A stretch of DNA of 64,000 nt from Lytechinus pictus (GCF_037042905.1 NC_087246.1:9302001-9366000); one strand, 5' to 3'; shown: positions 11,801-24,468, numbered from the stretch's first letter. Numbers and translations: made by a program. The notes: generated from the sequence alone by a model not told the origin.

Positions 11801-14800
11801 TTCCCTTTGTGTCTGCCTACTCCTTTTCTTTCATCCCCTTCACTAACCTGATTGGTCTTCTCTACTCACTAATGCCCCTTTTGTCTCCTTGTTTCTAGTG
11901 TTGCTGTAGCTTGTTTGTGGTCTATATTATGGTTGTTCCACTTTATGTTTGTCATTTTGCCTCCGACGAAGATTCTGCTAGGATCGAAAGCTTAGGCCCC
12001 CTTTTTGACTTTCTAATTTACTCCATTGGCTCTCTTTTATTAGATAAGCAGTTTTCAGCAGCTTCTTTTTGCCACAAATATATAATCACGTTCATTGGAT
12101 TCTAGCTTGCCAACACCAGATATTTATACACTTCCTCCACTCCCTATAGAACAGTCATTCATGTATTAATGCGTAACTTACAAAATGCTTTATGATTCCT
12201 TAGCTTCGAGTGATATGTCACAAGGCCAAGGTACATACCTATTTCTTCCAGTATCTGGATCATACACCCTGCACACTTTGCTCTGTTCCTTTTCATACTG
12301 CTCTTTGGTCATCGGGATCATACTTCTTCTTGATGAACTTTCATCTTCTTTCTTCCCTGCTATTATGAGATAAAACAATCAAAATGTGCCCATTATATAT
12401 ATCATTCAGACTAGGCTTCTCTCTCATGAAGCAGAATATCTAGAAGGGGCACTAGTCTCATGTGGTTTACAAAAGGTAAACTATATTCAATATGTTATTA
12501 AAACACAATTCAATTTCAATTTTTTTAAAGATTTCCATAGACACTGGCATAAGTTTTCTGAGGCAAATGGCTCAATGGCTTGGCTCCGCATTTAAATTGC
12601 AGTCAGAAAGGGGAAAGGAAAAATGTAATAAATTTCCCAAAGTGCTGTATTTCCCAGATATACCATTTATCTTCAGTTCATGCAATCTATTTTCTATACT
12701 GCCAATATGTATATGAGATAAAAGAAAAAATAAAAAAAACATAAGAATATTGATTTTCAGCTTACTTGGGGGTACAAGCAAATAAACTGAAATCATTTCT
12801 TTTATTTAAGACACTGATTTTTTTTTTTAATACAAGTTTAGAAAATGATCATAATTTGTCATCTCTATTTGAATTAACAAAATATCACAGGGTATGTCTC
12901 TCTTCTTGACATTATGTTCAAAATAAATATCCTAGATCAACTACTGTTTGGGTTATGTGTTCAACATGTTTGTATATATTTTGATCTTTTGGAAATGTCC
13001 CTCAAAACATATTTTGAATATCTGCTCTGCAAAACAAAAAATAAAAATATTTGAAAATAAAGATCTTAGACTGAAAATATTAACTTGAAGTTAAAAATCC
13101 ACCATAAATTACCATAGTTTTGTCTTGGTTCTAACAAATGAGAAAAGATGCTTTTATTAATTGAAATTTTTTGTAAGAAAAAAAATCAAAATTACTTTGG
13201 AGTATTCTCTAAAAACCTCCAAAGGGAACAAAATTACTTAAAATAAAAAAAATATTTCTAACCTTGCGCCATCTCAAGCAACTTCTTTTGGATTCCTGTC
13301 AGCGGTGCAGCCTCTTTATCAGTTTTCCTTTTCTTAGATCCCTCCTCCTGCTTTCCAAGATCTTTCTTTTTCTTTTCCTTGCTTTTCTTCCGCAAAACTT
13401 CCTTTTGCCTCTTTTCTCTCTTGTGCTTCTTCTTTTTCTTTTCCTTCACTTGAGTCTTCTTGGTTTTCACTGTCTGTATCCTATCCTTCTTTTCTTTTGG
13501 TTTCTTTGCTGGTGTAGAATGCAATGAGATGTCACTCTCTGACATATCTGAGCTCCATGATGCCTTCCGTTTCTTAGGGGTTTTCACTGGCTTCTTTTCT
13601 TTTGACTTTTTAGAGTCTCTTTCATTCTTGCCATTCCCAGGTTTGTTCTTGCTTCCTTCTTTGCATTCTTTCTCAGACTTCCTCTTTCTATCCAATCCTT
13701 TTTCTGATCTTTCTTCTTTTCTTCTATCTAATTCATCATCATTTTTGGAGGGACTTTGGTACTTTCTTGCATTAGATTTATGTTTAGGTGAATCCTTTTT
13801 TGACCTACAATCCTTCACACCAGAGTTCTGTTCTTTTGAAATCCTTTCATTGCTCTTAGTGCTACCCCTCGATTCATCTCTATGACTCTTGGTTTTATCA
13901 CTCGAGTGTTTAGAGGATAATGTTTCTGAAGTGTGTCCTGTGGATCTAGGTTCACGTCTTGAATCTGAAGAATGCTGTCCATTTTTAGATGGGTGTCTGC
14001 TACCATCATCACGGTGAGGACTCCTATGTGACTTACTGCTCCTATCTTTACTACGACTTCTGTCATGAGAGTGCTTGGGAGAATGACCTCTCTTATCATC
14101 TTCTTTCTGCTTGAATGACTTATCCAAGGATCTTGACTTGTGAGTTTCAGAATGATGAGCATTGTCATTTCTGCTCCTTGTATCCCCAGAGTGCTGGGAT
14201 GAAGAATGTTCTCTACTCTGACTTTTCTTCATGCCTCCATCATCCCTACAGCGTTCAGAGGCTCTATCTCTAGATTGCCTATCCCTGTCATGCCTGCTAC
14301 TAGACATACTTTTAGAGTTATTGCTACCTCTATCGTTATAAGATGATCTATCACGTTCCTCTCTATCACTCTTCCTGCTCTTGCTCTGGTGATGAGACCT
14401 TTCACTTTGACTAAAGTTGGGGCTTGCTCTACTTTGTTTAGAGTCTTTACCTCTGCTGTGTCTATCTTCAAGTCGTGAGTCCTTAGAAGATTTGGTTTTG
14501 GTGTCCGGCTCAGGCTGTCTTTTGGCAAGGACAGGAGAAGATGCATACGCTTTAGGTAACCTCGCACGGGGAGAATCATCATCAGATGAAGAAACAACAT
14601 ACTGCTTGCCTTTGGCCAGCCGGGCCATTTCTTGTTCCTTCAATTCAACCACAGTATCACTGTCATTTTCATACGTTGCATACGCTCTTGGAATTTTCTC
14701 TGAGGGTGAACTGTCAGGAGATTGTGAAGAGTCTGTGTCTGAATGAGACTCCTCTTGAATGGCACTTCTATCAGAATCGCTATTTGAAGCCGTTGCATAT

Positions 14801-15387
14801 GCTTTCGGAAGACTTGGCCTTTCATCATCACTGGCTTCACTATCCGATGAGTTGGAACTGTCACGCATCCTCCTTGAATGAAACTTTGTGCTAGACAAAA
14901 CTTCTTTCTGACGTTGCTCTTGTTCTTTATTTGAGTTGTGAGTCAAGCTTTTACTGGCCTCAGCACCAGACTTTGATCGTGATCTCTCTTTAGAATTTCT
15001 TATAGGAGAGCGAGATCTACTAGCCTTCTTTGAATAGGAATTTTTTCCTTGCTCACTTTTTCGCTCATGAACTCTTCCATGATCCCTACCATCTTGACTC
15101 TTTTCCTTTCGACCTTCCTGCTTTCTATCTTCATCCCTATTCCTTTTATGATCATTCCCACTCCTTTCAGATGGCCTGTGCTCTCCTGAAGAATGGTGTT
15201 TTCGATCACCACCATGTCTACCGTCATCGCCATAATGCTGCCTATGGGATGATCCTCTTGAAACATGATCTTTCTCCCTTTCTCTCCTGCTATCCCTCTC
15301 CTTGCCTCTCTCCCGGTCCTTGCTTCTGTCTTTCCTTCTATCTCCATGAGGGGACCTACTCCTTGTTCTGCTCCTAGTCCGTCCCAT
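8853..15387 (-). CDS. ARL6IP4: ARL6IP4/SR-25 family nuclear splicing-associated protein homolog, about 790 aa, 4 coding exons
   Basis: Exons 15387-13263, 12359-12239, 10341-10272 and 8909-8853, all GT-AG and phase-consistent (2373 nt). The joined C-terminus MIPMTKEQYEKEQSKVCRVYDPDTGRNR|LIRGSGEVIEEIVSRDRHKEINK|AATRHDGISYSKKIGMHR* matches the SR-25/ARL6IP4 C-terminal signature. An acceptor lies at 15395-15396, just upstream of the ATG. Confidence 0.9.
10598..12080 (+). mobile_element. 5'-truncated Penelope-like retroelement (GIY-YIG endonuclease end plus long 3' region), antisense in an ARL6IP4 intron
   Basis: ORF to 11019: CxxxRCxxC...ITCTTTNVVYLITCRVCRVQYIGET...RFYGHR...GRHF...H...REKLWMRRLRT.QPHGLN, the Penelope-type GIY-YIG signature. 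A hammerhead motif lies downstream. Boundaries are approximate. Confidence 0.88.
11959..11997 (+). ncRNA. Minimal type-I hammerhead ribozyme-like motif of the Penelope element
   Basis: GCCT-CCGACGA-A-GATTC-tgcta-GGATC-GAAA-GCTT-AGGC. It has stem I, a core box (C at U4), stem II, GAAA, and a palindromic AAGCTT in place of stem III. Confidence 0.7.
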
Positions 15388-15639
15388 TGTGAGCCTGATG
15401 AAAAAAAAAAATCATTTAATTTTTTCATTGTCTCAAGTTAAATATAGCCTACATTCTCTAATGAACAATTTTGCATGCCATGAGAATAGTTGTACTTGTA
15501 ATACTACTTTAATTCACACAAGTGAATACAGCATCACATTCAATCTTTTCCAAAGATAGCTTTTGAAAAATTATGCTTTTCTGTGTAAAGTACTTTGAGT
15601 TTTCACAAATATGTCCATTTAAGTGCAGTGCTTTTTGTT

Positions 15640-15900
15640 GGCGGAGTAGCTCAGTCACTTAGAGAGCCTGTTTTGGATAAGATCATTTCTTAACGTGGGT
15701 TCAAGTTCCGCTCATGCCTAAAGATGCCTAAAATTTCAAAAAAACACGATGCTTTAAGGTTGCGTGTAAGAATACTTCACTGCTGTATTTTAGTGCAAGT
15801 GTAACTCCATCCATTGGCAAGGAAGCAAATGTTGGTCCTGTATAAGAGCCAAAACCAATACACTATGTGAAAGAGAAGGGTGTTCACCTAGTGTACACCT
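15640..15900 (+). mobile_element. Degenerate tRNA-derived SINE-like relic
   Basis: A-box-like gtagctcagtc and B-box-like ggttcaagttcc with an irregular spacer. It does not form a cloverleaf. Confidence 0.4.
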
Positions 15901-17029
15901 GCTTGTCTCCATCATTAATCAGATAGTAAAATCAATCTTCATCTGACACAATAATCAACACTTTGACTTTGGGAATTAACAGAAAGACAAGATAAATACA
16001 GAAATGATTCATACAAACTTGTGTGACTTTTTCTTTTTCCAAATAGAATAAAGTGAAGAATATACTTTTAAAGGCATATGATGAATTACTGTATTAGGAG
16101 CTCTTTTAAAAATAAACTTAATCATTATCAATAGAAAGAAGAAAAAATTGTCAAACCAATTTCATCATATGCAAAATGGTTTAGGAGGACAAATATTGTA
16201 CATTGGAAGAGTAAACAGAAGCTTTACAGACAGATGGATATATAGATAAAGAGATTTAAAACGATGCACTTAATTTGTCTCATATAGTTTTCATTCCATT
16301 GCCATTGTGCACAATGCTACTTTTTCTTACAGAAGAAGGCAAAGTGTAGACATCAGCAAGTATGCACTTATGGTTCTTGTATCACAATGCATCACAGGAC
16401 AAAATTTTTGTACAGTACAGCTGTACGGTGATGTAGATCTATGTATAAATATTGCTTCTTCCCCCAAAGTTTCATTTACAAAATAATTATCTTATAAGAT
16501 AGTGTATGATGCAATAAATAGATCAACTGTTAAGATTAGGGCCACACGTTCAAAGAAACATGCAGGTTGTGAAAATTACAAATGGGTATGAACAGAATCC
16601 AATGAAAAGACAAAAAAAGGGTTTGAATAGTATTAAATAAACATATGTGCCAGATGATTTTGAAGCTGAGAAATTGATAAAATAGGCATTACATTCCAAC
16701 TACATGTATATGTAGGTGTCTTTTTCTAAAACAATACTGTCCCACATGTGGTTTGCTGTGTTGGTGATCTTTAGAGTGAAATTTTGTCAGCTTAGATTTC
16801 ATGACTTCCAGTTTTAGATTAAGGCACTAATCCAATGTACAAGGTTATAGGGATCTTTTCCTCAGTTAGTTACCCCTGTAAGCATAGCCAGGCAAGTTGT
16901 AGCCAGGAAGCTCCTAGAGAGTAAAAATCATTCAGTTATGTGTGCTTACTTTCCACGGAGCCAGAGATTGTGCCCCATTCATGTGCGTATACCGCGATCA
17001 ACATTGCAATTTTCGCCCCCAGATTTCTA

Positions 17030-17399
17030 CTTTCCCCATAAAAGATCTAGCCCTAAATCATTTAAATGGGGTAGAACTTCATTTCCGATATTTATACAAT
17101 ATCGATTTCATTTTTAAACAATTATTCATTAAAAAAAAGAGAAAATACTATGAGGAGATCCATAAAGAGGGCGGCAGATGTCTGCCGCCCTCTCCTAGTA
17201 GCTTAGCTACTCACAAAGAGAACAAGATGGCCACGTAAACATCGGCAAGTTTTTCCCTTCTCCTCATAATGTTTTTCTCATTTTCTTAATATTTGTTTAA
17301 AAATGAAATCGATAATATTGTATAAATGTCGGAAATGAAGTTCTACTTCTAGTTTATTTACATGACTTACTTGTAGGGCTATATCTTTTACAGGGAAAG
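17030..17399. mobile_element. Foldback/MITE-like inverted repeat with a GC-rich palindromic core
   Basis: Arms of about 130-150 bp (17030-17158 vs 17260-17399) are reverse complements. The core has a perfect 13-bp hairpin at 17166-17193. Confidence 0.7.
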
Positions 17400-18279
17400 G
17401 GTATTTTAACGATTATCAGCCGATAGTTCAACTAGTCTTGACTCACAGACCCTTTACAGACTAAATAAACCGATGTCTATGGACAATTACACGCACTAGA
17501 TCCTGCTCGAAATTTGACGGAATAAAGCCATATTTTGGTATGTATTTGCACTCCCCCATCATAATAGGCTAGATATATTATTCTGAACCTTCTCCATGTT
17601 TTTATTTTCAGTTTTAGTGGGGGGTGCATATGGAACTCTTGCCGTATATTCACATATGATAATTAATATGTCTTGGCCAAAAAATAACTGATTTCTTGTG
17701 CGGTGCAGAGCAACTTGAATGTGTGAGGCGCTATTTCGAAAGAAGGCCAGGGGTCGAATTGCAGCTGCAAAACATGGCGATACATTTCAAGATTCTATGA
17801 CATGGAAGTTGAAATCAAACATTGAAATGGACATGATGGACAAATACTACAAAATATTCAACAAACATTTATTGACATGATTAATCATTGATCTGAATTC
17901 TGACATGACTGAAGTGAAGTCACTGTCAATTTTATTTTATTCAAATTGAAACATACACATATACTAACCTCGCAATATGTGTGAGTGAAATTGAAATGAC
18001 ATTTTACTTAAGATTTACTAGAACAAAAATTAGGAAAGATGAACATGTTGAATTTCGGGCAGATTACTCTAAACAGATCCCCAGAAAATCCCCTGGCCAA
18101 AATGCACTGGCGGTGACGGTAGTGACTAAAATTATTAACTAAATGTCAGTACGAATCCAACATTCACAATTGAAAACAAGTTACAACTATACAAGATATT
18201 CAACATATGGGACTAAACACAAATTTGTAATATTTTTACTTAGATCTAGATCTAGAAGGTCTATTCTTTAAATACTCAC

Positions 18280-18470
18280 GTCAGGAAATATGAATGAAAT
18301 AGTTCACAGATGATGGAGAAATTTTATTATAGCTCTTAGAATGTCCACACGCCTGTTAGATAGTTGATTATGCGTGAAATAGACATCTTTATTAAGGCCC
18401 CATTTGCAGGAAAATCCAGGGCAAGTCCACACAAATTTTCGTCGACATCTATCGGCCCTCTACGACCACG
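18280..18470 (-). other. Candidate non-coding first (5'UTR) exon of the ARL6IP4-like gene
   Basis: The ATG-containing exon starts at an acceptor, so an upstream exon must exist. There is a strong donor GAC|GTGAGT at 18279 (minus) next to a locally CpG-richer stretch. The upstream boundary is a guess. Confidence 0.35.
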
Positions 18471-18689
18471 TTAGCAATAATTACCGCAATTCATCGATTT
18501 ATCTCTGCATTTGCCCATATTTTTAGATCGGAAATGTAATGGGCACAAGCCAGAAATGTCTTCACATTTATTGCTCGAATATAGGTAACATGCATGCATT
18601 TTAATGATTCATTGAATGCAGGCATTTCCTTTATTTCCGATGATTGTTTTTTTTTTAGAAAAAGAGTGTATTATTCATGATCGACCCCC

Positions 18690-19717
18690 CCCCCCCGGGG
18701 GGAGTCAAATATATTGCTATACACATGCGTGACCAAATTATTTCCACACACCCCCTAAACGAATTTTCTCTGTGTGCAAAATAACCACCTAAACAAGTTT
18801 TTCGTGGGCTTCCTTTCCTCATTTTGGCCCCTATAAAGTTGTCGCCAGAATTATGACCCCTAAGCAAGTTTTGTCTACTTGCTAACAATAAGGTTAAATA
18901 GACAAAACTTTTCTATTGCTTTCCCTTTCTTTTTTCGAAGTCTATAATGTACATCTTTAAGTTTAGATACAGTTTGTTCATTATCCATGAGTTTTACTTT
19001 TTTGGTAGGCCTATCAGATTTAATATTGTGGTCGGAATTATTCCTGATATATGCCTAATGCTTTGGAGATTGGCCCCTACCTAATATTTGTAAACATATA
19101 TATGTGTATGTATATTTCTCTTTCTCTCTTTTCTAATATTATCCTAACTTTTGGCTGTTATTTATCATTTGACATACTCATTTTTAAAGATATGTTATAT
19201 GTAGTGTACTTGGTACTTATATCGAAACTGTATTAAGTTTTATGCTACTGCCCTGCATTGACAGTACATGACCTGGACCTATCTTAATCTTTATTATGTT
19301 TTTTACTGGTTTTGTAAAATTATTTCCTTTATTGTGATTTCAATAAATAGTAATACCAAATTTTTAAAAAAATGGTATTGCACCCCCCCCCCCCCCCATG
19401 CAGTTAGAGTTCAAATACCACAATCGGGAAGAACCCGCGAACATTTTTTTTTAGAAACGAGGAGGAAAAAGCCCCGGGGAAAAGGTTTGGGGGAAAAACA
19501 TACCCTAAACACATTGGCTAGTCTTTAAAAAAAGCTTTGGAAAAAAACCATACCCTAAATAATATAAGTTTGACCCCGGGATTGATCATTGACCAGTCTT
19601 TCAAGAACCACCCTTTTTTTGAAAATCGGCGTTTTTTAATTCCTTATGAAAAAACACCCCTTTAAAAGTGTTCTTTTTTTTGTCACGCATGTGTATTGGC
19701 TGCCCCCCCCCCCTCGG
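18690..19717. mobile_element. Non-autonomous TIR element with C/G-run termini
   Basis: ccgggggg...atacacatgcgtgaccaaa versus tttgtcacgcatgtgtat...cccccccctcgg, with internal ccctaaa repeats. Confidence 0.55.
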
Positions 19718-20267
19718 ATCGAACCCACGAAAAATATATATATTTTTTAAACTATGACATAACTTGAATTTTCTCCAAACCTTAATTGAATTGCATTTTA
19801 TTTCTAAAAAATGGCTTAAATTTGAAAACAAATTAAATTTGTTTTCAAATTTATTTTTTCAAAAAAAAAAAAACAATTTTTTTATGAGGCCAATACAGGT
19901 AGTAATTGCCCTTCCTTTGGCCTTTCACACCCTCCACATGACTGTGAAATATCTTTAATGTCAATGATTTGTATGTATAATTTTTTTATTGAGGAAATAA
20001 AGTTGAATTTTAATAACTTGATAGAGGGGCACTAAGGCACTTAATATGTTTTAGATAATTCATTAAATTTGACAATAATATGAGCCGGGAATCTGATGAG
20101 CACTATGTAAGTGTCCTTATTTAAATCTGAAATACTGTTTTCAGTGCATCAATTTTTTTATTGTTATCCGGCTATAATTTTACGATATGGTAGGATTCAA
20201 ATTATGCATGATAAAGCTTAATATGAAAAATGGACTTCATGCCATGGCAAATAGCCTAGGGTAGCAC

Positions 20268-20605
20268 CACTAGCGTACCTACGGGGGGGGGGGGGGGCAG
20301 AGGGGGCAGTCTGCCCCCCCCTGACGAGCCACAACCCATGCAAAGGACGTATCCCTGCCCCCCTGACGAGCTTGAAGACCTTTATTGGCCCCCCCCCCCC
20401 TGACGCTTGAAGACCCTTTTTTTTTTTTTTTTTTTTTTTCTTGTCAAATTTTTTTCTGGTACGAAATCCTTCATTTGTGATTGAAGACCTTTTTTTTTTT
20501 TTTTTTTTTTGCTTGTCAATTTTTTTTCTGGTACGAAATCCTTCATTTGTGATTGAAGACCCTTTTTTTTTTTTTGGCTTGTGAAAAATCCCAGGTACGC
20601 CACTG
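20268..20605. mobile_element. hAT-like non-autonomous element, copy 1
   Basis: Termini cactagcgtacct / aggtacgccactg with internal gaagacc(T)n repeats. The left 8-mer ggtagcac recurs at 20614-20621. Confidence 0.75.
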
Positions 20606-20737
20606 GTAGGCTGGGTAGCACATACCTTCAAGCTATAAAGCCTGCATGCCAGCCTTGAGCAACTTATAAAAAAAAACGACCGCTAGAATTAATCGTCACT
20701 CATAAGCTTAACTGCATATTCTTATTTGGCTCTATTC

Positions 20738-20963
20738 CACTAGCGTACCTACGGGGGGGGGGGGGCAGAGGGGGCACTCTGCCCCCCCCCCTGACGAGCC
20801 ACAACCCATACAAAAGACATATACCTGACCCCCCTGACGAGCTTAAAAGACCTTTTTTGCCCCCCTGACGAACTTGAAGACCTTTAATGCCCCCCCTGAA
20901 GAGCCTGAAGACCTTTTATTTTTTTTTTTTTCTGGTACAAAACCTACATTTTTTTATTGAAGA

Positions 20964-20994
<31 letters not shown>

Positions 20995-21208
20995 GCTTGT
21001 CAAATTAGTTTCTGGTACGGGAACCTAAATTTTTTTATTGAAGACCTTTTTTTTTTTTTTTTTTTTTTTGCGCTTGCCAAATTATTTTCTGGTACGGGAA
21101 CCTAAATTTTTTTATTGAAGACCTTTTTTTTTTTTTTTTTTTGCTTGTCAAATTTTTTGGCGGCCGATTTTGCCCCCCCCCCTGTGGAAAATCCTAGGTA
21201 CGCCACTG
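20738..21208. mobile_element. hAT-like non-autonomous element, copy 2
   Basis: Same termini as copy 1, with an exact 8-bp TSD ctctattc (20730-20737 and 21209-21216). Confidence 0.85.
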
Positions 21209-21518
21209 CTCTATTCTCTCCGATTCTGATTCTCCTAGGTCTAGGACAGATATTTATGGTGGATGAGATAAACTTGATTTTTCATGAGATGATCATCCGC
21301 TCCGCGTACATTGAATGGAAGAGTAAACTTTTTTTCCTAAAGTAGGTCTACCATGTACAACCCCCCCTAAAAAAAAAAATGTCATCTGAATGTGATTTTT
21401 GGGCACTCCATCGGGCAGCCCCCCCCCCTGCACTTTCAAAACCGTACGTTCTGGGGCCCCTTATCATAGGCCTTATCTTGGTAAGGCCTAGGCCCCTGCC
21501 CCATAACCCCCCCACCTA

Positions 21519-22005
21519 AGGTAAATTGCCAATTCGTCCACTGCCAACTCGTCCACGAGCTATGGTTAGGAACTCGAAATTGGGGCCCTGGGGCTAGTTT
21601 ATCCGAGAATTTTCCTCATGTTCATTTAGTATAATGCCATTCCGTCCAACAACATATCTCGTCTAACAACCATTTGGTCCAATCATCAGTTCGTCTAATC
21701 ACCAGATGTTCGTCTATTACCATTTCCTCTAATAACCCGTTGGCATATATATAGCGACCCCCATTTTCTTTTCATTCATTCTGCACAATTAACACTTTAA
21801 TTTAATTAGACCAAATGGTATATGCCGGGTATATGGACTAACTGGCTATTGGACCAACTGTTATTAGACGGAATAGCATATTAGACGTACTAAATGATCT
21901 AGACGCGGCCATGTGGTGTGGTGATGAGCGGACGAACTGATGGTAGACCAAATGATAGGAGATGGGTTGGCAATTGGACGAATTAGCATTAATTAGACGA
22001 ATTGG
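21519..22005. mobile_element. TIR element with short subterminal repeats
   Basis: tgccaattcgtccactgccaactc on the left versus gggttggcaattggacgaattagca on the right, with many tcgtcta/tagacga units. Confidence 0.55.
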
Positions 22006-22009
22006 ATAT

Positions 22010-22355
22010 AAACCAAGAAAAAGAAGGAAAAAAAAGAAAAGGACGAGAAAAGGAAAGGAATAAAAGAGGAAAAAGAAGAAAGAAAAAAAAGATCACAGAA
22101 AAGAAATAGAGAAATGAGAGAAGAAAAAAAAAAAGAATATAAGAAGAGTTTAAGAACAAGCAAAGAAAAAAAAGCATAAGAAAACAAAAGAAAACAGGAA
22201 AAAAAAGGAAAAAAGGAAAAGAAAAGAAAAGAGGTGAAAAAAGGGAGAAAAAAGACAAAGAAAAAAAATTAACAGAAAAAAACAAAAGGAGAAAAAATGA
22301 GAAGGAAAAACAAGTAAAATAGAAAAAAAAAGGATGAAAAGAAAGAAAAAAAAGT
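22010..22355 (+). repeat. Polypurine (A/G-rich) low-complexity tract
   Basis: About 340 nt of almost only A/G. It is the source of the Phe-rich spurious ORFs. Confidence 0.9.
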
Positions 22356-24468
22356 TTCCATCCTCACAATGAAGGCTCAAAATCAAAGTGGTGGCAAAAA
22401 TAGTCATTTTCTGACTGGTTGCCAACTCAACACAATAAATGACAGAGAAGAAGCTTGTATTTATACTGCGCACGCGCGCGTGCACATCCTAAAAAAGTCT
22501 GTATGAAGCCGGCCCTGAAGTCTTAATCAATCCATTTAATATTCCATCGTTGTACGTAACTTTAAACATGTAATTCTATACTTGGTGGTAGTAGTGCTGT
22601 ATCCTGATTTCATGTGAGTTAGCATTAGATTCTATATAGACTTATACTTTGTTTGTATAAAAGTTCAATTTGGTAAAGAATAGCCCGCGCCCGCTACTTT
22701 ATACAGTGGAACGCTCCTTAAAATTGAGCCAGAAGTTCGGGGTGGTATACCCAGTTGTTGTGTGTCCGGACAGGTTGTGTGTCCGGACGATCAGTTTTAG
22801 AAAGTCATTTGGAAAAATTTACAAGCAAAGTTTCATAAAATGTTTGGTACGAAATGTTAGGTAATATTATAGAGAACAAAACAGAAGATGATTACAACTA
22901 TTGAATTTGTATTTTTAGTGTAATCCAAAGACAAAAAAGAAGGCTTCAAAAATATAAAGTGTCCGGACACCCGACCCCCCATCCTATTTGATGGTGAGCC
23001 CGGACGCCGTTGGATTGTTTTCTATTGCTGCTAAGATAAGCCTAACTTAATAAGTGCTAGATGCAGATGCGATGTCGCTCATCTTGATCAAGATGTAGAT
23101 CTAGATGTCATTATACATGGACATGAGTCAACTCATGACATGATATATAAAATGTAGATCTAGGCCTAGGGCCTACATCATACTAGTAAAATACTTTCGA
23201 GGGAAATTTTAAAATAGTTTTTTTTAAGACATGCCTGTGATTTTGTGAATTTATCAAATGTTCTTTTTAGTTTGTACTTTTTTAACTCATCATCTGAAGT
23301 CTAACTCTAAGAATTTCATTTTTTTCCTTTATCTTTTGTTGATGATATATTAGAATTTGAATTAATATGTATTTAAATGCTTGAATTTTTGACACTGTCA
23401 GTTTCTATTACATTTATTTATTCATCATAAATCTTGGCTCTAATTCAAAGTAAATTGAATTTTAATTTTTTTCTAAATTTAATCCCTTTTTTCCATTTTT
23501 TTTTCTGCCTATAGGCTATACCGTAGGCCTTAGTCTTAGAGAGCCCCATAAAAATATGCTGAAAATCAAAGTTTTTGAGCTCTTTGTTGAATAAGAACTA
23601 TAATCCCCAAGTTTATAATGAAAACAAACCATTAATGAATGAAACTGAGTATTTTTTTTTGTTTAATACAAAAGTGTATTTTAAAGACTTATTTTGAATG
23701 TGTGTTGTAATATGTTGCATAGACTCACCATAGACAAGTTGGTTGCAGAGTGCCAGTGTGAAAATCCTTGTTTTATACCACGCTGTACAACAAGTAATGA
23801 TTTATTAAACTGGTAAAAAGATGGTGGCATATAACAGGGCAAGACGTGTCATTATAATCCTTGTTATTTATTTTGGTGTAGAGGGCGGAGGTGAGGGAGA
23901 GGACTTAAATTTGTAAAACAGCTAGTTACTGAGTTAGATGAAGAATTCTCTTTCTCCAATATAGATAAAGGGGAGGTTCACCCTGATGATACATTGTATG
24001 TTGTTTAATCCATAAAAAATAACAGCTATTAATTTTTAGGATTTTGATTTTATAGTACTTTAATATTTATGGATGGTTTTGAACGCATGCCTAAGCCTCT
24101 CTTTCATTCAGTTAGGTTGGCTGGATTTGACCCAGGGAGCTCTGGCCCGCTTCACGGGCCGGAGCCCAGGACTCGTCCGTATAATACATGTACTAGGCAG
24201 AAATGGGTATGGGGTAGAATGGGGATAAAAAACATGTTTTTTCAATGTTCACAACAGTGTCAACTGGGCTAAAATTAAAAATTGTTTGAATTTCTTGTTG
24301 GAGGAACACTATATAATTGATGTGCTAGTTTGAAGTAGAGATTACCAAATTATTTGAAATTCAATCAAATATTACATTCTCATGTGTTCATTTTTAGGTC
24401 GTTCATATGCAGTGTTAATCGATGTTCAACTTTGACCTCTTGAATTAATACCAAATGTGCATCAAAAC

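Noticed and set aside
13264..15428. Several overlapping ORFs of 74-142 aa on both strands
   Set aside because: They are shadow frames of the low-complexity ARL6IP4 exon.
20094..20135. CTGATGA followed by a small stem (second hammerhead?)
   Set aside because: No GAAA directly after stem II and no closing stems.
20218..22485. Lys-rich and Phe-rich ORFs
   Set aside because: They derive from poly-T/poly-A tracts in hAT-like elements and the purine tract.
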